A stretch of 64,000 nt of DNA from Eledone cirrhosa (taxonomy: Eukaryota): assembly GCA_964016885.1 (NCBI GenBank), contig OZ024763.1:5704001-5768000 (forward strand), given 5' to 3'. The notes beneath the pieces were generated by a model, which was given only the letters and a program-made list of their open reading frames with translations, did no database searches and had not been told where the DNA came from. Of this stretch, positions 27,630 through 39,409 are shown piece after piece; within the stretch, counting starts at the first letter, position 1; each line of letters begins with the position of its first letter. A program made the translations under genes and the position numbers.

Positions 27630-27926
27630 CCTGTGTCAGTGTTGAACAAAAAGGTGACGTGGTTGCCTTAACACCGTATGGCATAAATTCAGGCTGTTCA
27701 GTTTGTTTACAAACGAACAAAGCGACGTTGGCGCCGCTAAACTGATACGTGCATATATGTGTGTGTACCTGTATGCACATGTATGTATATATGTATATAT
27801 ATATATATATGTGCATGCTACTGTACGCCTGTATACATATATGTATGTACGTATACATGCATACTTACATTTAAGTAAGTGCCATACTAAGAGTGAGAAA
27901 TGAAATTTCATTTTCATTTTGTTTCA

Positions 27927-27980
<54 letters not shown>

Positions 27981-28611
27981 ATGGCTGGATAAATACAGAC
28001 TTTCTTTTTCTCAAAAAAATGTTTCCCTTCTTTTCTCTTCCCACTCTTCTCTATCTTTCTATTTCATCTTTTATTTCTCATTCTATCTTCTAATGAAGGA
28101 CTAGTGTCTGAAACGCAAAGATTCTTTTCCTACTATATCAAGCATTAAACTAATATATTTCTTCATTCTACTGTGTTGTTTGCTTTGTTGTTTCTGTTTG
28201 CTTTTTGTGTTTAAACACACACACACACACGTGTGTGTTGCCCCAGCATGGTCATAGACTTCTTCTTCCTCTTCTTCTTCTTCACCCACTTATTCCTGAG
28301 AGGGTGATGGTGGCAGAGTCCTCAAAACACTCCCTCCAGCAGGTCCTGTCAAAAGCAACCGTCCCTGCTCCAGCTGGTCATAGTCTAGTGACTAAAACCT
28401 GTAAAACAATAAAATAACCCAAAAAACTTGTATAAAAGGTTGAAAGGTTTAAAGTCTTTGTTGTGAAGTGACTGGAGTTGAAGCAGATGTCACTGTATCA
28501 GGTTCTCGTAGTGTTTGATGTGTTGGTCATGCATGGATTGATTGTCAGTTATTGTCTATTATTTATACTACTTGTGTATGTGTCTCTGTGTGTTATTGGT
28601 GTTGTGTAGAC

Positions 28612-28834
28612 CACACATGTCTAACATGTGGCCCGCGGTCCACAGGCATCCCTTTACAAGCTCACCTGCAGCCCTCACAAAGGTTTTTACAGCACAAGCG
28701 TATTAGAAAATAAAAAATATTAGTTGTAATGTGCGCAAGTAGTTGTCAACTGTGGCCCTCAGACAACACGTGTGACCCTCAGACAACACGTGTGGCCCAT
28801 GTGCCTTTGGGGGACCCTCTGTTTGACATGCCTG
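28612..28834. mobile_element. hAT-type MITE
   Basis: Imperfect TIR CAGGCATGTCAAAC, subterminal GGCCC motifs, exact 8-bp TSD GTGTAGAC. Confidence 0.8.
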
Positions 28835-29207
28835 GTGTAGACAATATCAGTGTCTGAAGACTGCCACCTTACTCTTGTCCTAATATGTCTTCCACCTTAC
28901 TCCTGTCCTAATGTCACCCACCTTGAGGTCCCTATGGGTAACAAGATGGAAATGGCATTGCCCCAGAGGATGGCGAAGGGAGACACAGTGGAACTGCAAC
29001 CCCCACCCTGCAGGGCCCACACCTCCATGTAGCCAACTCTGCTTTGATAGCAGTGAGTAGGAATGTTGTCCAGGGGCGAAGAACGCCAGAGTCTCCCCCT
29101 CCGCCATACATACACAGATGTGAGGGCTTCAGAGCAGTCCTCTGACCTGCTAGATATAGCAGCCAAATCTGCCCTGTAGAATATTCAGCCACATACACAA
29201 TAATAAT

Positions 29208-29320
29208 TGTTTCTACTTTTGGCACAAGGCCAGCAATTACCCAGTGCATTACTGGTACTTTATTTTATCGACCCCGTAAGGATGAAAGGCAAAGTTCACC
29301 TCGACGGGATTTGAACTCGG
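29208..29320 (-). mobile_element. 5'-truncated SINE family A
   Basis: Reverse-complement match from the B box to the tail. TSD ACATACACAATAATAAT. Confidence 0.8.
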
Positions 29321-29442
29321 ACATACACAATAATAATGGTTTCTGATTTAGGAACGGGGCCAACAATTTTATTGAGGAGGGGAAAGTAGATTAAATCAAT
29401 CCCAGTACATTACTGGTACTTTACTATATTGATCCTGTAAGG

Positions 29443-32400
29443 ATGAAAGGCACAGCTAGCCTGATGTATATGATGTCCAAATGAAAGGCACAGCTAACCT
29501 GATGTATATGATGTCCAAATGAAAGGCACAGCTGACCTGATGTATATGATGTCCAAATGAAAGGCATTAGCTGACCTGATGTATATGATGTCCAAATGAA
29601 AGGCACAGCTAGCCTGATGTATATGATGTCCAAATGAAAGGCACAGCTAGCCTGATGTATATGATGTCCAAATGAAAGGCACAGCTAGCCTGATGTATAT
29701 GATGTCCAAATGAAAGGCACAGCTAGCCTGATGTATATGATGTCCAAATGAAAGGCACAGCTAGCCTGATGTATATGATGTCCAAATGAAAGGCACACAG
29801 CTAACCTGATGTATATGATGTCCAAATGAAAGGCACAGCTAGCCTGATGTATATGATGTCCAAATGAAAGGCACAGCTAGCCTGATGTATATGATGTCCA
29901 AATGAAAGGCACAGCTAACCTGATGTATATGATGTCCAAATGAAAGGCACAGCTAGCCTGATGTATATGATGTCCAAATGAAAGGCACAGCTAACCTGAT
30001 GTATATGATGTCCAAATGAAAGGCACAGCTAGCCTGATGTATATGATGTCCAAATGAAAGGCACAGCTAACCTGATGTATATGATGTCCAAATGAAAGGC
30101 ACAGCTAGCCTGATGTATATGATGTCCAAATGAAAGGCACAGCTAACCTGATGTATATGATGTCCAAATGAAAGGCACAGCTAGCCTGATGTATATAATG
30201 TCCAAATGAAAGGCACAGCTAGCCTGATGTATATGATGTCCAAATGAAAGGCACAGCTAGCCTGATGTATATGATGTCCAAATGAAAGGCACACAGCTAA
30301 CCTGATGTATATGATGTCCAAATGAAAGGCACAGCTAGCCTGATGTATATGATGTCCAAATGAAAGGCACAGCTAGCCTGATGTATATGATGTCCAAATG
30401 AAAGGCACAGCTAGCCTGATGTATATGATGTCCAAATGAAAGGCACAGCTAGCCTGATGTATATGATGTCCAAATGAAAGGCACAGCTAGCCTGATGTAT
30501 ATGATGTCCAAATGAAAGGCACAGCTAGCCTGATGTATATGATGTCCAAATGAAAGGCACACAGCTAACCTGATGTATATGATGTCCAAATGAAAGGCAC
30601 AGCTAGCCTGATGTATATGATGTCCAAATGAAAGGCACAGCTAGCCTGATGTATATGATGTCCAAATGAAAGGCACAGCTAGCCTGATGTATATGATGTC
30701 CAAATGAAAGGCACAGCTAGCCTGATGTATATGATGTCCAAATGAAAGGCACAGCTAGCCTGATGTATATGATGTCCAAATGAAAGGCACAGCTAGCCTG
30801 ATGTATATGATGTCCAAATGAAAGGCACACAGCTAACCTGATGTATATGATGTCCAAATGAAAGGCACAGCTAGCCTGATGTATATGATGTCCAAATGAA
30901 AGGCACAGCTAGCCTGATGTATATGATGTCCAAATGAAAGGCACACAGCTAACCTGATGTATATGATGTCCAAATGAAAGGCACAGCTAGCCTGATGTAT
31001 ATGATGTCCAAATGAAAGGCACAGCTAGCCTGATGTATATGATGTCCAAATGAAAGGCACACAGCTAACCTGATGTATATGATGTCCAAATGAAAGGCAC
31101 AGCTAGCCTGATGTATATGATGTCCAAATGAAAGGCACAGCTAGCCTGATGTATATGATGTCCAAATGAAAGGCACACAGCTAACCTGATGTATATGATG
31201 TCCAAATGAAAGGCACAGCTAGCCTGATGTATATGATGTCCAAATGAAAGGCACAGCTAGCCTGATGTATATGATGTCCAAATGAAAGGCACAGCTAGCC
31301 TGATGTATATGATGTCCAAATGAAAGGCACAGCTAGCCTGATGTATATGATGTCCAAATGAAAGGCACACAGCTAACCTGATGTATATGATGTCCAAATG
31401 AAAGGCACAGCTAACCTGATGTATATGATGTCCAAATGAAAGGCACAGCTAGCCTGATGTATATGATGTCCAAATGAAAGGCACAGCTAGCCTGATGTAT
31501 ATGATGTCCAAATGAAAGGCACAGCTAGCCTGATGTATATGATGTCCAAATGAAAGGCACAGCTAGCCTGATGTATATAATGTCCAAATGAAAGGCACAG
31601 CTAGCCTGATGTATATAATGTCCAAATGAAAGGCACAGCTAGCCTGATGTATATGATGTCCAAATGAAAGGCACAGCTAGCCTGATGTATATAATGTCCA
31701 AATGAAAGGCACAGCTAGCCTGATGTATATGATGTCCAAATGAAAGGCATTAGCTAACCTGATGTATATGATGTCCAAATGAAAGGCACAGCTAGCCTGA
31801 TGTATATGATGTCCAAATGAAAGGCACAGCTAGCCTGATGTATATAATGTCCAAATGAAAGGCACAGCTAGCCTGATGTATATGATGTCCAAATGAAAGG
31901 CATTAGCTAACCTGATGTATATGATGTCCAAATGAAAGGCACAGCTAGCCTGATGTATATGATGTCCAAATGAAAGGCACAGCTAGCCTGATGTATATAA
32001 TGTCCAAATGAAAGGCACAGCTAGCCTGATGTATATGATGTCCAAATGAAAGGCATTAGCTAACCTGATGTATATGATGTCCAAATGAAAGGCACAGCTA
32101 GCCTGATGTATATGATGTCCAAATGAAAGGCACAGCTAGCCTGATGTATATAATGTCCAAATGAAAGGCACAGCTAGCCTGATGTATATGATGTCCAAAT
32201 GAAAGGCATTAGCTAACCTGATGTATATGATGTCCAAATGAAAGGCACAGCTAGCCTGATGTATATGATGTCCAAATGAAAGGCACAGCTAGCCTGATGT
32301 ATATGATGTCCAAATGAAAGGCACAGCTAGCCTGATGTATATGATGTCCAAATGAAAGGCACAGCTAGCCTGATGTATATGATGTCCAAATGAAAGGCAC

Positions 32401-32670
32401 AGCTAGCCTGATGTATATGATGTCCAAATGAAAGGCACAGCTAGCCTGATGTATATGATGTCCAAATGAAAGGCACAGCTAGCCTGATGTATATAATGTC
32501 CAAATGAAAGGCACAGATAGCCTGATGTATATGATGTCCAAATGAAAGGCACAGCTAGCCTGATGTATATAATGTCCAAATGAAAGGCACAGCTAGCCTG
32601 ATGTATATGATATCCAAATGAAAGGCACAGCTAGCCTGATGTATATGATGTCCAAATGAAAGGCATTAGC
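29443..32670. repeat. 38-bp tandem array, ~85 copies
   Basis: Unit ATGAAAGGCACAGCTAGCCTGATGTATATGATGTCCAA, with occasional 39/40-bp variants. Confidence 0.95.
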
Positions 32671-32825
32671 TGATACAGCTTGGCACCATTGATGTCATAA
32701 CTCATTTCTACAGCTGAGTGAACTGGAGCAACATGAAAAATTAAAGTGTCTTGCTCAAGGAGCCAACTGTCTGGGAATTTAACATGTGTATATACTTCAT
32801 ACATGTGTGTGTGTGTATATACATG

Positions 32826-33168
32826 AAGGCACATGGCTTAGTGGTTAGAGCATTGGCCTTGCAATCGAAAGGTTGTGAGTTCAATTCTCAGACCGGGTGA
32901 TGTGTTGTTTCCTTGAGCAAGACACTTTACTTCACATTGCTCCAGTTTACTCAGCTGTAGAAATGAGATGATAGGGACTGGGGTCTATATCATTCCACTG
33001 CAAAGTGGTCGTGGAGGTGCCACGGCAAAAAAGCACCCAGCACTCACTGTAAATGAGGTTGGTGTTAGGAAGGGCATCCAGCTGTAGAAATCAAGCCAGA
33101 ATCAGTTCCCGTCCCACCCTTGCAAGCAGGGAAAAGCGGACGTAAAATGAAACGATGATGATGATGAT
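32826..33168 (+). mobile_element. tRNA-derived SINE family B (CORE-like centre, (GAT)n tail)
   Basis: A box TGGCTTAGTGG, B box GAGTTCAATTC, TCCTTGAGCAAGACACTT centre, GTTAGGAAGGGCATCCAGCTGTAGAAA 3' part. Near-identical to 52286-52630. Confidence 0.85.
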
Positions 33169-33691
33169 ATAACAAAGAAAGTGTGGTAAGAAATCAGGTG
33201 TACCATAACGCACCAGAGTACTCGATACTTAGAGTAATAGGAAAAGAGTTTTTCCTATATACATATATATATATATATAGGAAAAGATGCAGGACGCCGA
33301 TGGCTGAGCTCCGGCCGTTTCGACCACTCTACTACCCCAAGTATTGAGTACTCTGGTGCATTATGGTCCACCTGGTATGTTAACCACAATCTCTTTGTTA
33401 TATATATATGTGTGTGTGTCTGTGTGTATCCTGTGTTCAATCGGGGGTAACCACAGTAAGTAAGGTACTCAATACATAGTAGAGTATATACAAGATTTAA
33501 TATAGAAATGACTTCTACAGGACTAGAACTGTTTCACTTGAAGGAAATCATCAGGGCTTTCCTGATGATTTCCTTCGAATAAAACAGTTCTAGTCCTGTA
33601 AAAGCCATTTATATATATATATATATATAAAATATTTAAAAAATAATGAATAAAACAATGAAACAGTTCCTTATATTAAACAAAAAAAGTT

Positions 33692-33840
33692 CATTATTTA
33701 ACGATCGTTTCTAGGACATATATGTGTTAGAATTGGCATGCATATTCAACAGATCTATGTACAAAATTATACAAAATTATACAAACTATCAAATTTAATA
33801 TACATACCAACACATACATATGCCGTCTTCAGAAATAATG
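33692..33840 (-). ncRNA. Hammerhead motif with greatly enlarged stem-loop II
   Basis: Reverse complement CATTATTT-CTGAAGA-CGGCATATGTATGTGTTGG...CTAACACATATATGTCCTA-GAAA-C-GATC-G-TT-AAATAATG. Perfect 8-bp stem I. Confidence 0.65.
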
Positions 33841-34102
33841 TATAATAATAGTTCTTCATACATGATTGGACACTACCGTAAACTCTTGGTAGATTTATCT
33901 ACATATATATATATATATATATATCATCATCAACATTATCATCTTCGTTTAACATCCATCTTCAACGCTAGCATGGGTTTGGTATCGCTTAGTCACTATA
34001 TTGATCTATCAGGATCAATCAACCTTTTCAATCAATCTCAAAACAATGAACTGATTGAACACTAAATTTCACCTTTTATTTTCATTGTTCAACATACATA
34101 CA

Positions 34103-34143
<41 letters not shown>

Positions 34144-34250
34144 GAACCAGTATATATATGTGTGTGTGTGTGTGTATATATGTGTGTATGTGTGAGTGTA
34201 TATATATATTTATATATATATATGTATGTATATATATATATGTATATATA

Positions 34251-34308
<58 letters not shown>

Positions 34309-34362
34309 AACACACACACACTATATATATATATATATATATATATAATGTATATATGTATG

Positions 34363-34395
<33 letters not shown>

Positions 34396-34396
34396 A

Positions 34397-34450
<54 letters not shown>

Positions 34451-34475
34451 AACATACACACACTATATATATATT

Positions 34476-34567
<92 letters not shown>

Positions 34568-34580
34568 AACACACACACAC

Positions 34581-34615
<35 letters not shown>

Positions 34616-34659
34616 GTATATATATGTATATATATATATATATATAGTGTGTGTGTGTT

Positions 34660-34706
<47 letters not shown>

Positions 34707-35540
34707 TGTGTGTGTTTGTGTATATATATATATATATATATATATAGTGTGTGTGTGTGTTTGTGTATCCACTGTATTGTTGAAGAAGAAATATGTGGGG
34801 TGGTGGTGTGGTGTAGGTGAATATTCCCCTCCATGTTTGGTGTGTGTGTTATATCAGGGGTGGAAACAAAGAGATTAACCCTCACCCCATCCTCTCCCAT
34901 AGCTACCAGCTGCTGTAGAGCACCCACTGGGCTCTGTATAGCCGCTAATGCTACTCACAGTTTACTAAACTCCAACCAGCTGTTACAGGATCTAGTGTTC
35001 CCTAGGTGGTTGTTATAGTGGTAGTAGCAGTAGTGGTGGTGGTAGTGGTGGTGGTAGTAGTGGTTGTGGTGGTGGTGGTGGTGGTGGTAGTAGTGGATGA
35101 TGGAAGTAGTGATGGTAGTAGCAGTGGTGGTGGTAGTAGTGGTGGTGGTGATGGTGGTAGTAGCAGTAGTGGTAGTGGTGGTGGTAGTAGTGGTTGTGGT
35201 GGTGGTGGTGATAGTAGTGGTGGTGGTAGTAGTGGTGGTGGTGGTGGTGGTAGTAGTGGATGATGGAAGTAGTGATGGTAGTAGCAGTGGTGGTGGTAGT
35301 AGTGGTTGTGGTGATGGTGGTGGTAGTAGTGGTGGTGGTAGTAGTGGTAGTGGTAGTAGTGGATGATGGAAATAGTGGTGGTGGTGGTGGTGGTGGTGGT
35401 AGTGTTAGTGGTGTTGATTATAGTGTTGGTGGTGGTTGTAGTGGTGGTGATCATAGTAGTGGTGGTGGTTGTTGTATATTTTACCTTTGTTTCACTTCCT
35501 CACTGCTGTTTGTCATTAGAGACAGTGTCTGTGTGTGTGT

Positions 35541-35577
<37 letters not shown>

Positions 35578-35862
35578 TGTGTGAGTGTGTGTGAGAGTGT
35601 GTGTGTGTGAGTGTGTGAGTGTGTGAGTGTGTGTGAGAGTGTGTGTGTGTGAGTGTGTGTGTGTGTGTGTGATTGTGAGAGTGTGTGTGTGTGAGAGTGT
35701 GTGTGTGTGTGAGAGAGTGTGTGTGTAAGCTACCTGCCGGCAGCAGGCACCCATGTAATATATTATTCTTTGTTCCTATCCTGGCTACACCTCCAGTCAG
35801 TGTCCTCACATCCCTCACACCCCTCCTTCTCTCTCCCTCCCCCTCTCTCACACTCACCCCCT

Positions 35863-36062
35863 NNNNNNNNNNNNNNNNNNNNNNNNNNNNNNNNNNNNNN
35901 NNNNNNNNNNNNNNNNNNNNNNNNNNNNNNNNNNNNNNNNNNNNNNNNNNNNNNNNNNNNNNNNNNNNNNNNNNNNNNNNNNNNNNNNNNNNNNNNNNNN
36001 NNNNNNNNNNNNNNNNNNNNNNNNNNNNNNNNNNNNNNNNNNNNNNNNNNNNNNNNNNNNNN
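35863..36062. other. Assembly gap (200 N)
   Basis: Run of N. Confidence 1.
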
Positions 36063-37509
36063 AATATTTGTTTTATTTTAACCCTTTTCTTAACAAACAC
36101 CCCGAAACTTCCCTTCGTTCTATGTTTTAAAGAGTTTATATTTATCTTTTTAAATGCCCTAAAAAGGCCAATGGGTCAATACGGGACACCTATGACTCCT
36201 CCGGGAGTTAAGGGACCATGCATGCATATTTATTTATCTTTATATTAACCTTCCATCAGAATTTTATGTAAGAACCTTTGTTAAGCTGTGTTCCAGACAC
36301 CAGCTTCATAATGAGAAAGTTAGTTATGTTACTAAATCCCTCTAAATTCTTGGCTATTTTCAAAATTATTTGAAAGTCATAGGCAGTGTCTTTTAAATGT
36401 GGAAATGAAAGGGTTAATGTCATAGACAGTGTCTATCATTAGAAATATGGTAATGGAAGAGTTAATGACATAGACAGTGTCTTTCATTAGAAATGGTAAT
36501 GAAAGGGTTAATGATATAGGTAGTATCGTTTATTAGTAAAATAGTAATGAAAGAGTTAATATATTGATTTTTTAGTAAAATGCATATTTATCATTTTTTA
36601 TATCAAACCAGCTCAAACCATTCCTGGTTCTATACAACCATTGTTAGGTTATTGTCGAGTTATTCTCCAAACTCCAACTTAATATTTGATACTAAACCAG
36701 TTTAAACCACCCTTTGCTTCTATAGTAAAAAAAACGTTTTGATTTACTGTTTATATATATCTAAAAACCTTCCATCACAAAGAACCTTTGTTCCAATACA
36801 CCTGCTTAATAATGAGAAAGATAGTTATATTACTAAAACCTTCCAAATATAATAAGGAAAGGGCTAAAGTGTTTATATATATAAAAACCTTCCCTCATAA
36901 TTTTTTATGTAAGAACCTTTAAGTTATGTTCCTAACACTAGATTAATAATGAGAAAGTTAGTTATATTACCAAAACCCTCCAAATATAATAAGGAAAGGG
37001 TTAAAGTGTTTATATACTTCATAATTTTATGTAAGAACCTTTAAGTTATGTTCCAAACTTCAACTTAACTGTTTGATAGCAAACCATCTTAAAACTCTCC
37101 TTTTGTTCTCGAATATGGGAATAAGGGATGAAAACAAGAAATAAAAAAATAAAAAATTGGGATCTGCTTATTGTTTAGTTTGGCATATAAATATATTTAG
37201 TTGGACATATAACTAAACATATTTGGTTATGTGCCAAACTAAAATATATTTAGTTTAGTTGTGATCGGTCGGGCTCCAATAATATGGTTCTGTTGTATTA
37301 TAGGTTCCATGCGGCCAACTGGCCTGTCCCTTCTCATAACAGAGCTATCCAGTCCCATACTGTAAACATGGTTGGTGTTAGGAAGGGCATCCAGTTGTAA
37401 AATACCCAGCCAAATTTACAGTCCTCACCGGAGCAAGGTGTGACACATAACCAACCCTGGCCAGACTTGCCTCCCAGCATGAAAAAAATTAACATTAAAC
37501 GGAAATGAT

Positions 37510-37857
37510 ATAACTAAATATATTTAGTTTGGTATATAACTATATATAGTTATAGTTTGGTATATAACTATATATAGTTATAGTTTGGTATATAACTATA
37601 TATAGTTATAGTTTGGTATATAACTAAATATTGTTATAGTTTGGTATATAACTATATATAGTTATAGTTTGGTATATAACTAAATATAGTTATAGTTTGG
37701 TATATAACTAAATATTGTTATAGTTTGGTATATAACTAAATATTGTTATAGTTTGGTATATAACTAAATATTGTTATAGTTTGGTATATAACTATATATA
37801 GTTATAGTTTGGTATATAACTATATATAGTTTGGTATATAACTAAACATATTTGGTT
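37510..37857. repeat. 27-28-bp AT-rich tandem repeat
   Basis: Unit GTTATAGTTTGGTATATAACTATATATA, internally palindromic. Confidence 0.85.
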
Positions 37858-37893
37858 CTACTTGTTATATTTTCATTTTTATTATTTAAGTGT

Positions 37894-38285
37894 ATTGGCA
37901 GTATCGGTAGAGGGTCGGACGCCTTGCTTTCCAGCATAGTTACGTCCCTTTACGATCTGAGTTCAAATCCCGCCGAGGTTGACTTTGCCTTTCATCCTTA
38001 CGGGGTCGATAAAATAAAGTACCAGTAATGCACTGGGTAATTGCTGGCCTTGTGACAAAAGTAGAAACAATTATTTAATCATTTTTTCGGTAGAGCATTG
38101 GACATGCTTCGTGGCCCTTTATGTTCTGGGGTAAAATCCCGCCAAGGTTAGCTTTACCTTTCATTCTTCAAGGGGTTGATAAAATAAAGTACCAGTTAAG
38201 CACTGGGATAGAATTAAAACCAAATTTCTTGACTTTCTCTTCCCCTCTCCCCCAAAATTGTTGGCCTTGTGCCTAACTCGGAAAC

Positions 38286-38300
<15 letters not shown>
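37894..38300 (+). mobile_element. SINE family A copy followed by a diverged related SINE with an (ATT)n tail
   Basis: 37894-38069 matches family A. About 38087-38300 shares the same core and tail. Confidence 0.8.
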
Positions 38301-38316
<16 letters not shown>

Positions 38317-38553
38317 TATTTATTTCCTTATCAGAGTAAAACTCAAGGTAGCCCCCCTCCACTTGAATGAAGTGTGATGATCCAGTGCAGCATAATGTGC
38401 ACCTCTCACATGTGCACCGGTGTTCTGAATAATAACTGGACATGTCTTATCAAGTATATCGTTTGCCAGCAACAAATCTGGGTTTCTCTGAAAGTTGGTT
38501 TTTATGAGTTCCAATAATTTTTGGGTGTTTTTTTTTTTTTTTGTTTTCTTTGG

Positions 38554-38596
<43 letters not shown>

Positions 38597-38816
38597 CTCC
38601 ATATGAGGGATTCTAGGTATGTATGTTTATATATGTGTGAGTACATATATTAACTGTTGTGCTTTTGTCTGTGCTTCTTCTGTGTGTGTCTTCTCTGTGC
38701 GTGTGTGCAGGCGTGTGTGTGTGTGTGTGCAGGTGTGTGTGTGTGTGCAGGCGTGTGTGTGTGTGTGTGTGTGCAGGCGTGTGTGTGTGTGTGCAGGCGT
38801 GTGTGTGTGTGTGCAG

Positions 38817-38882
<66 letters not shown>

Positions 38883-39409
38883 CCTTCCCTCTGTTATATT
38901 TTCTTACTGAAGGGATTCTAACCACAGGAAACCTGCCTCGAAACCCATGCCAGAAATTTGGATTTTAATTTAATCATCATCATCATCATCACTAACATCA
39001 CCACCACCACCACCACCACCGTCCTCACCACCACCACCACCCACCACCACCCTCACCACCACCACCACCACCACCGTCATCACCACTACAACCAACGTCA
39101 TCACCATCACCACCACCGTCCTCACCACCACCACCACCGTCATCACCACCATCATCACCACCACCGTCATCACCACTACAACCAACATCATCACCATCAC
39201 CACCACCATCACCATCATCACCATCACCACCACCACAGTCATTATCATCAATATATCAAGCTAATATAACCAAATCACCAACACGGTAAAGTCACCCCTC
39301 CCCTCTCTATATAGTACATTATTCTAAGTACTATACATCACATTTGATGAGTTGTAGTGCACCTGAGCTCTGTACACAATCATTTTCATTATTGCAGACT
39401 TAAATCTCA

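Larger units (their letters stand above)
27137..27867. repeat. Long palindrome: 348-bp arms, 35-bp spacer
   Basis: 27137-27484 is the reverse complement of 27520-27867, with one mismatch seen. The ORF track shows the same 112-aa ORF on both strands, differing only in the last residue. Confidence 0.95.

Noticed and set aside
20754-32670. CRISPR-like arrays
   Set aside because: Units are head-to-tail with no unique spacers, there are no cas genes, and the context is eukaryotic.
29443-32670. 38-bp unit as a tandem hammerhead or C/D-box RNA (CTGATGT...GAAA)
   Set aside because: The core has T instead of the conserved A9, there is no stem II pairing and no UH triplet, and box C is incomplete. 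A SINE-core origin explains the GAAAGGCA part.
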